From a virus: a DNA stretch of 64,000 bases. A program made the position numbers and the translations under genes. The notes beneath the pieces were generated by a model, which had not been told where the DNA came from, made no database searches, and saw only the letters and a list, made by a program, of their open reading frames with translations. Position 1 is the stretch's first letter. Every line of letters begins with the position of its first letter. Of the stretch, positions 29,572 through 40,083 are shown piece after piece. The stretch lies in IMG/VR virus record IMGVR_UViG_3300021959_000011, positions 76,927-140,926 of that record; one strand, written 5' to 3'.

Positions 29572-31893
29572 ATGGCCGATTCACTACTCACTTCTTCAAT
29601 AACCGCATTACGTACTAAGATTATCAATGACATTGCTTCGGCAAGTGTAAAAGAATTGGTTCATCTTGCACGTTCTGCGAAGGCACTAGGACTTACAGAA
29701 GATACATCTGTGGAGTCTGCGATTAATACGAGGGCAAACGCTCTCACATCTGGTGCCACAGTTGAAGAAATTAAAGATCTAGCACAGGCAGTAAAACAAG
29801 TAAAAAATGACGTTGCTGGTAGTACTATTTCTAGTGCGGATGATATTATTGATGGCGTTAATAATAAATTTTTATCAACCGCAAATTTAAATACAGAATT
29901 ACAATCACTAACTACGAATATTAAACCAGATGCAGATGTAACAAGAAATCTTGGAGAAGCACTATATAAGTTTAATACAGTATATGCAGGGAAGGTAACA
30001 GGATTACTTGCACCTCTAGATGCAAATGATGCCGCAACTAAATCTTATGTAGATTCTAACGTATCAAGTTTCAATCCCGCTTCGGTATCACAAAGTATTA
30101 TTCCAGACACAAATGAAACTTATGATTTGGGTACATCCTCACTAAGATTTAGAGATGCATATTTAAGTGGAAACACTATTCATCTTGGTAATGCACAAAT
30201 TACATCAGATACAAATGGTTTAGTTTCTTTACCAGCTGGATCTAAAGTTGGTACTGACCCTGTACCTACACAGATTAATGATTTAACCAATGTTGATACT
30301 GATGTTGCACCAGAAACATTGGAAATACAAGTCGATGCACCAGAAGCTGGTCACGAATCACCGTGGATATGGACATGGTTGCAATCATCACTACCGTATG
30401 CACGTACTCCGATCACAAATTCACCACAAAATGTTGTGCCATTGTATATGCAAGGTTCTTATCAAATTAACAACTTTGCACATACACTTCATGATAATAT
30501 GACACAAACACACGCATTCAAACTGAAGTGGATTGAAGGTGCTGGTGATGATAATCTTGTAAGTTGGTCAACAAGTCAGATAGTAAGTGATTCACATCCA
30601 GATATCAATAGTGGCACAACACAAGATGTACAAAGATTGACAGTAAACGTACCATCTACTATCACTCCACCAACTTTAACTGCACCATCAGTTACATATA
30701 CAGTCGGACATACAACAGGAGCCTACGTTTTCACTGGAACTCAAATGGGTCAAAATCCTGAAATCGGACCATTCTTTCGTGGCGGCACTTATACAGTAAA
30801 TATCAATGCAACCGGCCATCCATTTTACTTTACAACTGACAATGGAACTAATTATTCATCTGGCACATATTTTGGAGAATGGACTTCAGGTGTAACTGGT
30901 TCTCGCACAGAAAGTGGTACTATTACATTTACTGTACCATCAAATGCACCAGATACATTGTTTTATCAATGTGGTATTCATAGTGCAATGCGTGGTACTA
31001 TCAGGGTACGTGATCTTGCGGTAGAAACTAATGAAAACGGTAATTACATCATTTATGGACAACACTCACAAGAAGGACATGAACAAAAGATTGAATTGCG
31101 TCCTATTCCTACACTCACATCTCAAATGTGTCTTGTTTATGATGCAAATACATCAAAGTTTGTACCACAAGATTTAGCGACTTACGTAGAGAACACACCA
31201 GCATTCAAAAACAAAATTAAAGAGGTTGCTGGTACTGCAACATTGGTTGCACCAGATGGTACATCTCTAGTTGCAAGTGTTGAGATTTATAGTGATGCAA
31301 CATATCTACCAGCCGTTGGCAACACTATAGGAGATATTGCATTTGTAGAAGATACTCAGAAACTATACATTTATAAAAATGCAACAGATTCATGGGTAGA
31401 AACAATTTCCCAATCAGACCTTACGGGCCTTGCAACGGAAAGTTATGTAAATTCTCAGGTTTCATCAAATACATTCTCTGGAAACTATAATGATTTGTCA
31501 AATCAACCATCAATTCCATCTATATCAGGACTTGCAACAGAAAGTTATGTAAATTCTCAGGTTAGTAATGCGTCAATAACACAAACTGTTAATATGGCAC
31601 AAAATGGTACACTCGCACTAACTACAGGTGTGACAAGATGGTATGCCCCAGATGATTTAACAATATCTAAGATTAAAGCTAGAATAACTACTGCTGGAAA
31701 TGATGTGTTAAGAGTCGATATCAAGAAGAATGACGTAAGTTCAAAAATTATAAATATAAGCGCAGGAAGTTTAGAACAAACAGAAACATCTGGATTTTCA
31801 ATGAATGAGGGTGATTATCTTACAATTGACATCACAAATGTGGGTTCAACGCCGGGCGAAAATTTAAATGTTCAAATATTTTATACAACATAA
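29572..31893 (+). CDS. Fibre protein with cupredoxin-like domain (cassette A gene 1)
   Basis: Late promoter 29533-29540; IPDTNETYDLG..SLRFRD fibre motif; GHPFY...YQCGIHSAM; C-terminal TRWYAP...GDYLTIDI domain. Confidence 0.85.
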   Translation: MADSLLTSSITALRTKIINDIASASVKELVHLARSAKALGLTEDTSVESAINTRANALTSGATVEEIKDLAQAVKQVKNDVAGSTISSADDIIDGVNNKFLSTANLNTELQSLTTNIKPDADVTRNLGEALYKFNTVYAGKVTGLLAPLDANDAATKSYVDSNVSSFNPASVSQSIIPDTNETYDLGTSSLRFRDAYLSGNTIHLGNAQITSDTNGLVSLPAGSKVGTDPVPTQINDLTNVDTDVAPETLEIQVDAPEAGHESPWIWTWLQSSLPYARTPITNSPQNVVPLYMQGSYQINNFAHTLHDNMTQTHAFKLKWIEGAGDDNLVSWSTSQIVSDSHPDINSGTTQDVQRLTVNVPSTITPPTLTAPSVTYTVGHTTGAYVFTGTQMGQNPEIGPFFRGGTYTVNINATGHPFYFTTDNGTNYSSGTYFGEWTSGVTGSRTESGTITFTVPSNAPDTLFYQCGIHSAMRGTIRVRDLAVETNENGNYIIYGQHSQEGHEQKIELRPIPTLTSQMCLVYDANTSKFVPQDLATYVENTPAFKNKIKEVAGTATLVAPDGTSLVASVEIYSDATYLPAVGNTIGDIAFVEDTQKLYIYKNATDSWVETISQSDLTGLATESYVNSQVSSNTFSGNYNDLSNQPSIPSISGLATESYVNSQVSNASITQTVNMAQNGTLALTTGVTRWYAPDDLTISKIKARITTAGNDVLRVDIKKNDVSSKIINISAGSLEQTETSGFSMNEGDYLTIDITNVGSTPGENLNVQIFYTT

Positions 31894-31905
31894 TAGGAGT
31901 TAAAA

Positions 31906-32196
31906 ATGCCAATAACAGATACAGCGACTATCGAAGAATATATGGGAAAGTATGCGATTCAGTCACTAAATAATACAATAGACGATGATGGACAACTTGT
32001 TGTCGAAACACCACTTGCAACACCAGATTCGATTTCAGTGTTTACAACTGATAGTGCAACAGAAGATCAAAAACAATTGTCATACTTAGTTGAAGATCAA
32101 TCATCGATTGCATATGGTTCTGGGAATGAAATCTTATTCTTAGGAACTGTTGCATTAAAAGACGAAGATAACGTATGGACAGAGGTAACGGAGTAA
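31906..32196 (+). CDS. Small acidic protein (cassette A gene 2)
   Basis: MPITD...VWTE, homologous to 57027-57296. Confidence 0.8.
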   Translation: MPITDTATIEEYMGKYAIQSLNNTIDDDGQLVVETPLATPDSISVFTTDSATEDQKQLSYLVEDQSSIAYGSGNEILFLGTVALKDEDNVWTEVTE

Positions 32197-32200
32197 AAAA

Positions 32201-33328
32201 ATGTATATACACTTAGAATTTAAACCAACAGGATCGACAAGTACATCCCAAGCTGAACAAATTTGGTCAGCGGTATGGAATACAATCAAAGACACTCCAA
32301 CAATTACTACGATTGCACAGTTTGGTGCCGCAGTAAGTAGTGGAAATCTTATCGATACTGCATCATCATATATTGTTGGTACAAAACCATCAAATGGAAT
32401 TTATACTTCTGCTCAGAATTATACTTCGGGTAGGTGGGAGTTTACCAAAAAACACTACGATCATGCAAATAAAACCAGTACAAACACCCAAACAATGAAA
32501 ATTACTCTGGGGTGGAGTTCATCAATTGGGTTTGCGATGGGAGTTAACGACAAGTACAGAGCAAACCCATCTTCAGAAAGCGATTACATGACGATGGCCT
32601 CAAGTAGTATTGAGATAGGTGATAGTAACATGTACAATTGTCGTTCAATAGATCTTAACATCACTGATTGTAGTTTCACATTTGCAGCACATGGCGATCC
32701 AAACAATCAACAATTCCAACAACCTATTGCGTTTAAACATTGGGGGGATTATCCAACTGTATCAGATTATGATGATTATCATGTTGACGTAAATGATAGA
32801 TATTATGCTGGTTGTATGCTCTCTGCCGGTTCATATGGTATTGTATCAAATGGTAACACTTCGATTACTGCGGCATATAGTTTATATAGATTCCAGATGT
32901 TTGATGAGACACAACAATATAGAAATACTACCCAGACCAATGGTGGTTATCATGTGGGATGGTCTTCTAGTAACTACACTAGTCAATATCAAAATTATTT
33001 ATTCATGACTCCAATGGGCAGAAAATCGGTAAGAGAAACCCCAACTAATGCTGGTTTTGCATCTCTATTACATCCATGTTATGTTACACCAACATTTCAA
33101 GATTGGAACTACCAATCGCCACAACAAAATGACACTCGATATGGTCAGATGTTAGGGATTTATAGAATTGCCGACAACATGGGTACTGCGAACCAAGGCA
33201 ACAGATTGCAAGTTGGTAGTGATTATTATAGAATTATCAAAGGCGGCATGTCAGGAAGTCAACCGGCGGATCATGGATATCGCGTATGTTGTTACGCAGT
33301 ACCAGAATCTAATATCACTGGTCCATAA
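32201..33328 (+). CDS. Aromatic/Ser/Thr-rich virion protein (cassette A gene 3)
   Basis: Homologous to 55883-57022 (RYG...YR..D..G, CYA.PE.N). Confidence 0.8.
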   Translation: MYIHLEFKPTGSTSTSQAEQIWSAVWNTIKDTPTITTIAQFGAAVSSGNLIDTASSYIVGTKPSNGIYTSAQNYTSGRWEFTKKHYDHANKTSTNTQTMKITLGWSSSIGFAMGVNDKYRANPSSESDYMTMASSSIEIGDSNMYNCRSIDLNITDCSFTFAAHGDPNNQQFQQPIAFKHWGDYPTVSDYDDYHVDVNDRYYAGCMLSAGSYGIVSNGNTSITAAYSLYRFQMFDETQQYRNTTQTNGGYHVGWSSSNYTSQYQNYLFMTPMGRKSVRETPTNAGFASLLHPCYVTPTFQDWNYQSPQQNDTRYGQMLGIYRIADNMGTANQGNRLQVGSDYYRIIKGGMSGSQPADHGYRVCCYAVPESNITGP

Positions 33329-33331
33329 TAA

Positions 33332-34042
33332 ATGACCGTAGGGCACAGTAACACAAATAATCTCAGCTCACCCAGTAATATGGGTCAAGCTGAGATTCTT
33401 TTGGCGTCAGGTGGAGTTTCTTCTATATTGAGTCCATCTGATGTGACACAATATGATATTAATTTAGCGCCGGGTGGCGTTTCTTCTATATCTAGTGTTG
33501 CTGGTGCAGCTACAATTGTAGGAGAAGATGGAAACAAAGTTGAATATTTGGGAACCCCCCCTTCAGTAACACTCGAACATGCTGGAATGAGTGAACCATA
33601 TGTATTTTTGTTTTATGGTACAGCACCAGCAAACCTTGTACCTACTGGAATAACTGAAGATATTCCAAGACTTTTTGTTGATGGTTCAAACTTACTCAAA
33701 TCTGGTGGTAAATGGGATTTAAGTAGAACTTACTCTGGTGGTGCAACAGATGATATTGCTGGTTCTGAGACAGGACTCGAACCAGATCTCGACAGTCCTA
33801 TTACTGCAATGGGCAATGTACAAAATCTGCAAACGCCACTTATAGCAGAACAATTTTCTATAACTATTCCCGCCACCAATTTGGGATTGAACATTATTAG
33901 TCCTAATGTTGGAAAGTGGGTAGGACAAGATGGACTACCACTATTATTTACTGGTGTTAGTGATGATAGAGCAATCGCAGAACACATCAGAGAAGATGAT
34001 GATGAAGAAGAAGTAGTCTCTACAACGCAAATTTGGTTCTAA
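33332..34042 (+). CDS. Protein ending acidic linker-TQIWF (cassette A gene 4)
   Basis: ORF track. Confidence 0.75.
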   Translation: MTVGHSNTNNLSSPSNMGQAEILLASGGVSSILSPSDVTQYDINLAPGGVSSISSVAGAATIVGEDGNKVEYLGTPPSVTLEHAGMSEPYVFLFYGTAPANLVPTGITEDIPRLFVDGSNLLKSGGKWDLSRTYSGGATDDIAGSETGLEPDLDSPITAMGNVQNLQTPLIAEQFSITIPATNLGLNIISPNVGKWVGQDGLPLLFTGVSDDRAIAEHIREDDDEEEVVSTTQIWF

Positions 34043-34054
34043 AAGGATAAAATA

Positions 34055-35998
34055 ATGGCAGATGCAAATCTAAACACATCTATATCAGCTCTTACGGCAG
34101 AAATTCTTAGTAATATACCTAGTGCTGGTGTCGAAGAGTTGCTCGCACTTTCGCGTTCTGCCGCTGCATTAGGACAAAAAGAAAATTCTAGTATTGAGAC
34201 TGCACTAAATTCAAGGGTTAATCAACTATACTCATCTGCAACTCCAGAACAAATTAAAAAACTAGCTGATGCAGTAAACAAACTTAGAAATCCAACTAGT
34301 GTTGAACAACAAGTTGGTAATTCTGACAATTTACCAGAAGGAACGACAAATCTTTACTACACAGACACAAAGGTACAGACTAAACTTGGTAGTGTATCAG
34401 GACACATCTTACCCGATTCTAATGAGACATATGATTTAGGTAGTGCAACCAATAAGTTTAGAGATTTATATTTAAGTTCAAATACAATTCATTTGGGCGA
34501 TACTACAATTTCTTCTGATGCATCTGGGATTGTAGTTGATGCATTAAAAGTTGGTACAAATCAAATTGATCTTGATAGTGAAGGAAATTTGAGATTGCCG
34601 TCTGGTACAGTACCAAATGATGTTCACGACTTAGATAATGTCACATTAGACATACCACCAGAAACTTTAACTATTGCAGTAGATGCAAATATGGCCGGCG
34701 GCGGCGCCGGAATGGATTGGTTGTGGAGTTGGGATGCAGGGTCTTTACCATATGCCAGAACAACTATTCGAAATCAAACACAATCAAATGTGCCAATTTA
34801 TAACCAAGGTACGTATACCGTGTTTAATTTCGCGGCACATGATTTAACCGATACTTCATTAACTCAAACTCACAAGATTTATCTAAAGTGGGTTGATGGG
34901 CCTGGTACTGACAACCTAGTTTCGTGGGCAACATCTACATTGAATGTACAAGATATTACATTTGATAGTGTTAGGGGTGGTTCCGAAACAGAAGTGCAGA
35001 GAATAAATATTTCTGTACCATCAACCATAACACCACCAACTTTAACGAATCCATCAGTTTCATACGATGTTTCTTTTGTTAATACTGGTAATTATACTTT
35101 TGGTGGTAATGCATTTGGTGATAATCCAACACTGACTCCATTATATCGTGGAGGCACCTATACATTTAATGTTGATGCATCAGGGCATCCATTCTATTTG
35201 ACAACTGATAATGGTGCAAACTTTATTAGTGGTTCATATGTAGACGAATATACTAGTGGAGTCACTGGTTCTCGTACAGATGTTGGTACTGTTACATTTA
35301 CTGTGCCCATGGATGCACCAGATACACTATTTTATCAGTGTGGAATTCATGGTGCAATGCAAGGCGAGATTGCAATCAAAGATCTTGCTGTGGAAACTAA
35401 TGTTGATGGTAATTATATTTTATATTTTCAACATGATCAACAGGGCCATAAAACACCAGTAGAAATAAAACCAGTACCTACTATTGTAGGACAGGTATGT
35501 TTAGTATATAACTCGACTACACAAAAATTTGAACCGCAAGATTTGGGCGTGTATTTAGAACAAACAAATGTTTTTAAAGAAAAAGTTAAAGATGTCGCAG
35601 AAGAAAGAATTGTTGAAAAGGTAACAGATGATACTATTACTAATCTAACCAAAGTAAAAGATCAAACTACATTTGTGACAAATTTATATCAACAAGGCGA
35701 ATTGCAAGTACATACTGGTACTGCAAGATGGTATGCACCATATGATTTAACTATATCAGACACTATACCAAAGTTGAATGTCTCGGCAGATGCAACTGTA
35801 TCAATTCAAATAAATAAGAATGATGTTTCACAATCTTCAATAGATATCTTGGGTGGACAAACAACTGCATCACCTACGGGCACAAACAAAACATGGAATA
35901 TGAATGCTGGGGATTACTTGACAGTAGACATCCTAACTATAGGTACTACAAATAAAGGCGAAGATTTAGTTATCCAGTTCAAATATAAACAAACATAA
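34055..35998 (+). CDS. Fibre protein with cupredoxin-like domain (cassette B gene 1)
   Basis: Paralog of 29572-31893 over most of its length; GHPFY...YQCGIHGAM. Confidence 0.85.
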   Translation: MADANLNTSISALTAEILSNIPSAGVEELLALSRSAAALGQKENSSIETALNSRVNQLYSSATPEQIKKLADAVNKLRNPTSVEQQVGNSDNLPEGTTNLYYTDTKVQTKLGSVSGHILPDSNETYDLGSATNKFRDLYLSSNTIHLGDTTISSDASGIVVDALKVGTNQIDLDSEGNLRLPSGTVPNDVHDLDNVTLDIPPETLTIAVDANMAGGGAGMDWLWSWDAGSLPYARTTIRNQTQSNVPIYNQGTYTVFNFAAHDLTDTSLTQTHKIYLKWVDGPGTDNLVSWATSTLNVQDITFDSVRGGSETEVQRINISVPSTITPPTLTNPSVSYDVSFVNTGNYTFGGNAFGDNPTLTPLYRGGTYTFNVDASGHPFYLTTDNGANFISGSYVDEYTSGVTGSRTDVGTVTFTVPMDAPDTLFYQCGIHGAMQGEIAIKDLAVETNVDGNYILYFQHDQQGHKTPVEIKPVPTIVGQVCLVYNSTTQKFEPQDLGVYLEQTNVFKEKVKDVAEERIVEKVTDDTITNLTKVKDQTTFVTNLYQQGELQVHTGTARWYAPYDLTISDTIPKLNVSADATVSIQINKNDVSQSSIDILGGQTTASPTGTNKTWNMNAGDYLTVDILTIGTTNKGEDLVIQFKYKQT

Positions 35999-36036
35999 AT
36001 TATAAATATAAGTATAAAATTTAAGGAGCATTTAAA

Positions 36037-36282
36037 ATGTCTGTTTTTACTATAAAAGAAAACCAAATCTCGTTAGACGATGATGGAAACGAGGTACACG
36101 AAGTAGTAGATGTGTCACTTACTGGCGATCTAACTGATGGAATTTTTACAGCAACTGACGAAGATGGTGTAATTAGAATTAATCAACCATTCAATTTTGA
36201 TGCAGACGGAAGCCGTACTGCATGGAATGACCTTGACGAAGCAATTGCTTGGGTTAAGACTAACAACGCAGCAGGAGAATAG
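36037..36282 (+). CDS. Small acidic protein (cassette B gene 2)
   Basis: Late promoter 36001-36008; AAGGAG RBS. Confidence 0.75.
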   Translation: MSVFTIKENQISLDDDGNEVHEVVDVSLTGDLTDGIFTATDEDGVIRINQPFNFDADGSRTAWNDLDEAIAWVKTNNAAGE

Positions 36283-36284
36283 AA

Positions 36285-38147
36285 ATGGCTAAGGTATGGG
36301 ATTACGAAGGAGATTATAATCGTCCTGTTGTACTTGAAGACCCAAGAGCAGGAAATGATGGATTCTACATTAACGGTGATAAACACGATAAAAATAGTTT
36401 AACGCCGCAATATAATAAAAGTATTAATTTTAACGACAATCCATCAGATGGTTCATGGGAACGAAATTATCTAGACAATAGAATTAATCATAACGGCCCT
36501 TACACTGGAAGTTCCATGGGTCTCGCTAAAATGCAAAATGGTGCGAATAGACCAGATGATAATAGCGCAGATTATGCAAACACACCAGACTCTGGCGCAT
36601 GGATTGATATGTCATTAACCTGTACCTCCAACGGTGTAGGTGAAGGTGGATACAAAGGCGGTTCTATGCAAATGATTTCTGATGGTGTTGATGAGGCCCC
36701 TGTGTGGGCATATAATCAAAGTGCCACTTGTTATCAATTTGCATGGCCAAAGATGGAAAACACAACTAATTTGGATGACGTAAGACCAACTGCAAGACAT
36801 GCCAACTGGAGCGACAATTATTCACATAGATACCATTTCTGGGGAAAAGCCTATGGTTCGGATAAATTTGTACCAGCATTGAGTCGTGGTGACGATGGGG
36901 GTTCGACCTATAATTATCCATCATTTAAACTAAAAGTTGGTTATCATAGCACATCTGGTTCTCAGTGGCCGAATAACTGGCCATCTCAGTATACTAGAGA
37001 TGTTTATCAAATGGGTAATGATTGGACAGTACAATTTTTGGGTGAATCAAATGATGGTGGACTTTTGTTTGCTGGACAGCAAGCTTCTAGTGGTACAACT
37101 GGGAACTACATAAAAGTTGCAAAAGAGATGTGGACAAGTAACTATAATCCAACATCAACCAACATGTTTAATTATACCAATTCCATTGGACCGTCCGGCA
37201 CCCATTCTGGTGGCAGCAACATGAACAGTAAAGAGATTGCATCCAACTTCTCTGAAGTAATGGACGATCCAAGAGGTGTTTCTGGTACTAATATGCTGTT
37301 TTATAAATCTTACTACGATCAGTATTACAACTGGCACCCACTTGTAGTTACTTGGGATAGATCTTCAGATACCTTTGCGGTAGAAACTGATATCTCTACG
37401 GATGTTCTGAGTAGTACTAAAGCAGATTTGAGTGGATTTACGGCATATACCGGCGCGCATCATCCTATGCAATGGAGTACTACTTCTTGGGTGAGTGGTG
37501 GAACTAGATATGTTTCTGAATTTAGAATTGACGGAAGATATACATTTCAAGATACAGATGAAGGGTGGAGAACTTGGGTTACATATTCAGTAGATGCTGC
37601 AAACCCAAAAGATCTTACATATCATAGCGATATTACAATGCCCTCAACACCAAGACAATGGGTTTGGTTGAATGATTCTCATACAATGATTGGGGTCTGG
37701 TTCACAAGTGCATTTAGGGTTTATGCATGGAATGATAGTACTGGTTGGACTGAAACATCAGTTGTCGATGGGTATATTCACGAATGTGGTAGAGATAGTT
37801 TAGATAGAATTTGGTATACAAAACCAAGCTCTGTATATGGTGGAGACTACCCAGAGTTACATCTATTAACACCAACATTACCTGTTTCTATTACTGTAAC
37901 TCCAGAGAATACAAGTTACACATATTCTGGTAGTGATATTACTACATATATTGATGTAAGTGCAGTAAATGCATCAGGTACAAGAATTGCAACAAGTGTT
38001 AAACTCGTTATTGAAGGTTCTTCTATGACGTTTACTGATGGTACTACGACAAAAACTGTGACTACGTTAACAACTGGAGAGTTGCAAGTAGGTACAAAAG
38101 TTACTGGTGCTGGATTTACTAACGTTGCTGCATCTATCGAAATCTAA
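36285..38147 (+). CDS. Trp/Tyr-rich beta protein with Ig-like C-terminus (cassette B gene 3)
   Basis: ORF track; composition. Confidence 0.75.
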   Translation: MAKVWDYEGDYNRPVVLEDPRAGNDGFYINGDKHDKNSLTPQYNKSINFNDNPSDGSWERNYLDNRINHNGPYTGSSMGLAKMQNGANRPDDNSADYANTPDSGAWIDMSLTCTSNGVGEGGYKGGSMQMISDGVDEAPVWAYNQSATCYQFAWPKMENTTNLDDVRPTARHANWSDNYSHRYHFWGKAYGSDKFVPALSRGDDGGSTYNYPSFKLKVGYHSTSGSQWPNNWPSQYTRDVYQMGNDWTVQFLGESNDGGLLFAGQQASSGTTGNYIKVAKEMWTSNYNPTSTNMFNYTNSIGPSGTHSGGSNMNSKEIASNFSEVMDDPRGVSGTNMLFYKSYYDQYYNWHPLVVTWDRSSDTFAVETDISTDVLSSTKADLSGFTAYTGAHHPMQWSTTSWVSGGTRYVSEFRIDGRYTFQDTDEGWRTWVTYSVDAANPKDLTYHSDITMPSTPRQWVWLNDSHTMIGVWFTSAFRVYAWNDSTGWTETSVVDGYIHECGRDSLDRIWYTKPSSVYGGDYPELHLLTPTLPVSITVTPENTSYTYSGSDITTYIDVSAVNASGTRIATSVKLVIEGSSMTFTDGTTTKTVTTLTTGELQVGTKVTGAGFTNVAASIEI

Positions 38148-38160
38148 AGTAGGATAAGAA

Positions 38161-40083
38161 ATGACAATTCAGGCCCTAACAGTTTCTGTAGAAACTAGTT
38201 TTAATACAGTTAACGCAGAAGCGGGGCCTGAATCACTTCCTAGTAATATTCAGGCATTTCCGCCCCTTTCAATTGAAATTAAAGATACTTCATCAAGACT
38301 TAATAATCCACTTGATGCAATAATTAATAATAAAGAAATACAAATCAATCAAGGTGTGTGGAATAATTTAAATCAAAATGTTCCACAATTTAATAATAAA
38401 ATTGATATTATTGATGGTACAGATACTACTATTCTTGCAAAATATCCACCAAAAGCAATACCAATAGAAAATGGTACTTGGAATACTGGATTCGCCATAA
38501 AAAATGCAGATATTAATATCAATGTTGGAAACACAACAAATACATTAGAAACAAAAATAACAAATTCTAAAATTCCAATTCATGATGCATCTACCTTTAA
38601 TTTTTTAGGTTCTTCTGTTAATGTGAATTATGCGTTTATTAGGGCTGACTTTAGTATCGCAGATGCAAGTAATCCAATGTTTAATCAGAGTTTTACAACC
38701 CCAGGCACATATTCTTGGACTGCACCAGCTGGAGTTACTTCAGTTAGTGTTGTTGCGGTCGGTTCTGGTGGTACTGGTGGACATCAATGGTCATCTGGTG
38801 GTGGCGGCGGAGGCGGTCTTGGATATAAAAATAATATATCAGTAACGCCTGGCCAATCATATACTGTAGAAGTCGGTGCGGCGGGCCCTACATTAGTATC
38901 GAATGCAACAAGTTCAACTGCGATGGGAAACAATTCATACTTTATTAGTGACACTACCGTTTGTGGATTTGGCGCAGGTCGCGGTGGCACCGATTCAACT
39001 GGTTCTGGAAATGGTGGTTATGGTGGTGGATATACTGGTGATGGCGGCGGCCGAGGTGGTAATGGTGGATATCAGGGAACTTGGACTCGAAGTGGTGGTG
39101 GTGCAGGAGGATACTCTGGACAGGGAGCCGATGGTGGTGATGGTGATGCCGGACAAGGTGGCGGTGGGGGTGCTGGACAGCATTATTCATCAACTTGGGG
39201 ATCGCCCGGCGGCGGTGGTGTCGGACTTTTTGGTGAGGGAACTAGTGGCGCGGCGTCAACAACAACTGGCGAAGGTGGTAAAGGTGGATCTGGTGGTGGT
39301 GATGGTGATGATGGCGAACCTCTATCAAACAATAAAATCAGTAAGGGTGATATCGCAGGGGGAGAATTCGGTGGTGGCGGCGGAGGATCTGGTACTTCTG
39401 CAGGCGGTGGGCCCGGCGGTGGTGGAGCTGTTAGACTTGTTTGGACAACAGGTTCAAATACCATTGAGTTTCCATCAACTAATGTTGGATCAGTTTTATC
39501 AGCGTCATTCTCTCAAACTAATCTAGATCCTACACCAACTTTCTCAGGTACACTGAACACTCGCAATTCTTTTGATAGAGTAATAAAAAATCAAAACGTA
39601 TCAACGATAAAGTCACCAACTTTATTTAATAGTTCATATGGTGGGATAAATAATACAGAATTAAAAATTGTTGATAATACTGATACTACAATTGAAAAAA
39701 CTTTGACCAATAAAAAAATATCAATTGAAAATCCACCAAGTGATAGTAATGGTAGTTTTATAACTTCTAAAAATAATACTGGTATTAATATCAATCCAAC
39801 AACTAAAGCACCTGTAGAAATTCCTATCTCATCTACATACATAGGTATAGAAGCCGATAAAGCCTCACTATCACCAAGTTTCTGTAATGCCGTTCAACTA
39901 GTAATATTTACGTCCAATCAAACACCATTGGGGTATTTTGAAAGAGATGGACATGGTTACTTTGAAACTATTACACCACAGAATGACCCAAGAATTGGTT
40001 CTGGAAATAGTGGTGGTGATGATGGAGATGCCGGCGGCGGTGGAGGCGGAGTAGGTAGTGGTCCTATTCAGTCTTGGAGTTAA
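38161..40083 (+). CDS. Glycine-rich adhesin-like protein ending PIQSWS (cassette B gene 4)
   Basis: FTTPGTYSWTAPAGVTSVSVVAVG.GG followed by poly-Gly motifs. Confidence 0.8.
   Translation: MTIQALTVSVETSFNTVNAEAGPESLPSNIQAFPPLSIEIKDTSSRLNNPLDAIINNKEIQINQGVWNNLNQNVPQFNNKIDIIDGTDTTILAKYPPKAIPIENGTWNTGFAIKNADININVGNTTNTLETKITNSKIPIHDASTFNFLGSSVNVNYAFIRADFSIADASNPMFNQSFTTPGTYSWTAPAGVTSVSVVAVGSGGTGGHQWSSGGGGGGGLGYKNNISVTPGQSYTVEVGAAGPTLVSNATSSTAMGNNSYFISDTTVCGFGAGRGGTDSTGSGNGGYGGGYTGDGGGRGGNGGYQGTWTRSGGGAGGYSGQGADGGDGDAGQGGGGGAGQHYSSTWGSPGGGGVGLFGEGTSGAASTTTGEGGKGGSGGGDGDDGEPLSNNKISKGDIAGGEFGGGGGGSGTSAGGGPGGGGAVRLVWTTGSNTIEFPSTNVGSVLSASFSQTNLDPTPTFSGTLNTRNSFDRVIKNQNVSTIKSPTLFNSSYGGINNTELKIVDNTDTTIEKTLTNKKISIENPPSDSNGSFITSKNNTGININPTTKAPVEIPISSTYIGIEADKASLSPSFCNAVQLVIFTSNQTPLGYFERDGHGYFETITPQNDPRIGSGNSGGDDGDAGGGGGGVGSGPIQSWS

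Noticed and set aside
31429-31563. 33-bp near-identical internal repeat
   Set aside because: It encodes the LATESYVNSQV fibre repeat, an ordinary protein-level duplication.
29572-40083. Diversity-generating retroelement or invertase shufflon acting on fibres
   Set aside because: No reverse transcriptase or recombinase in the window, and no adenine-specific template/variable repeat pair seen.
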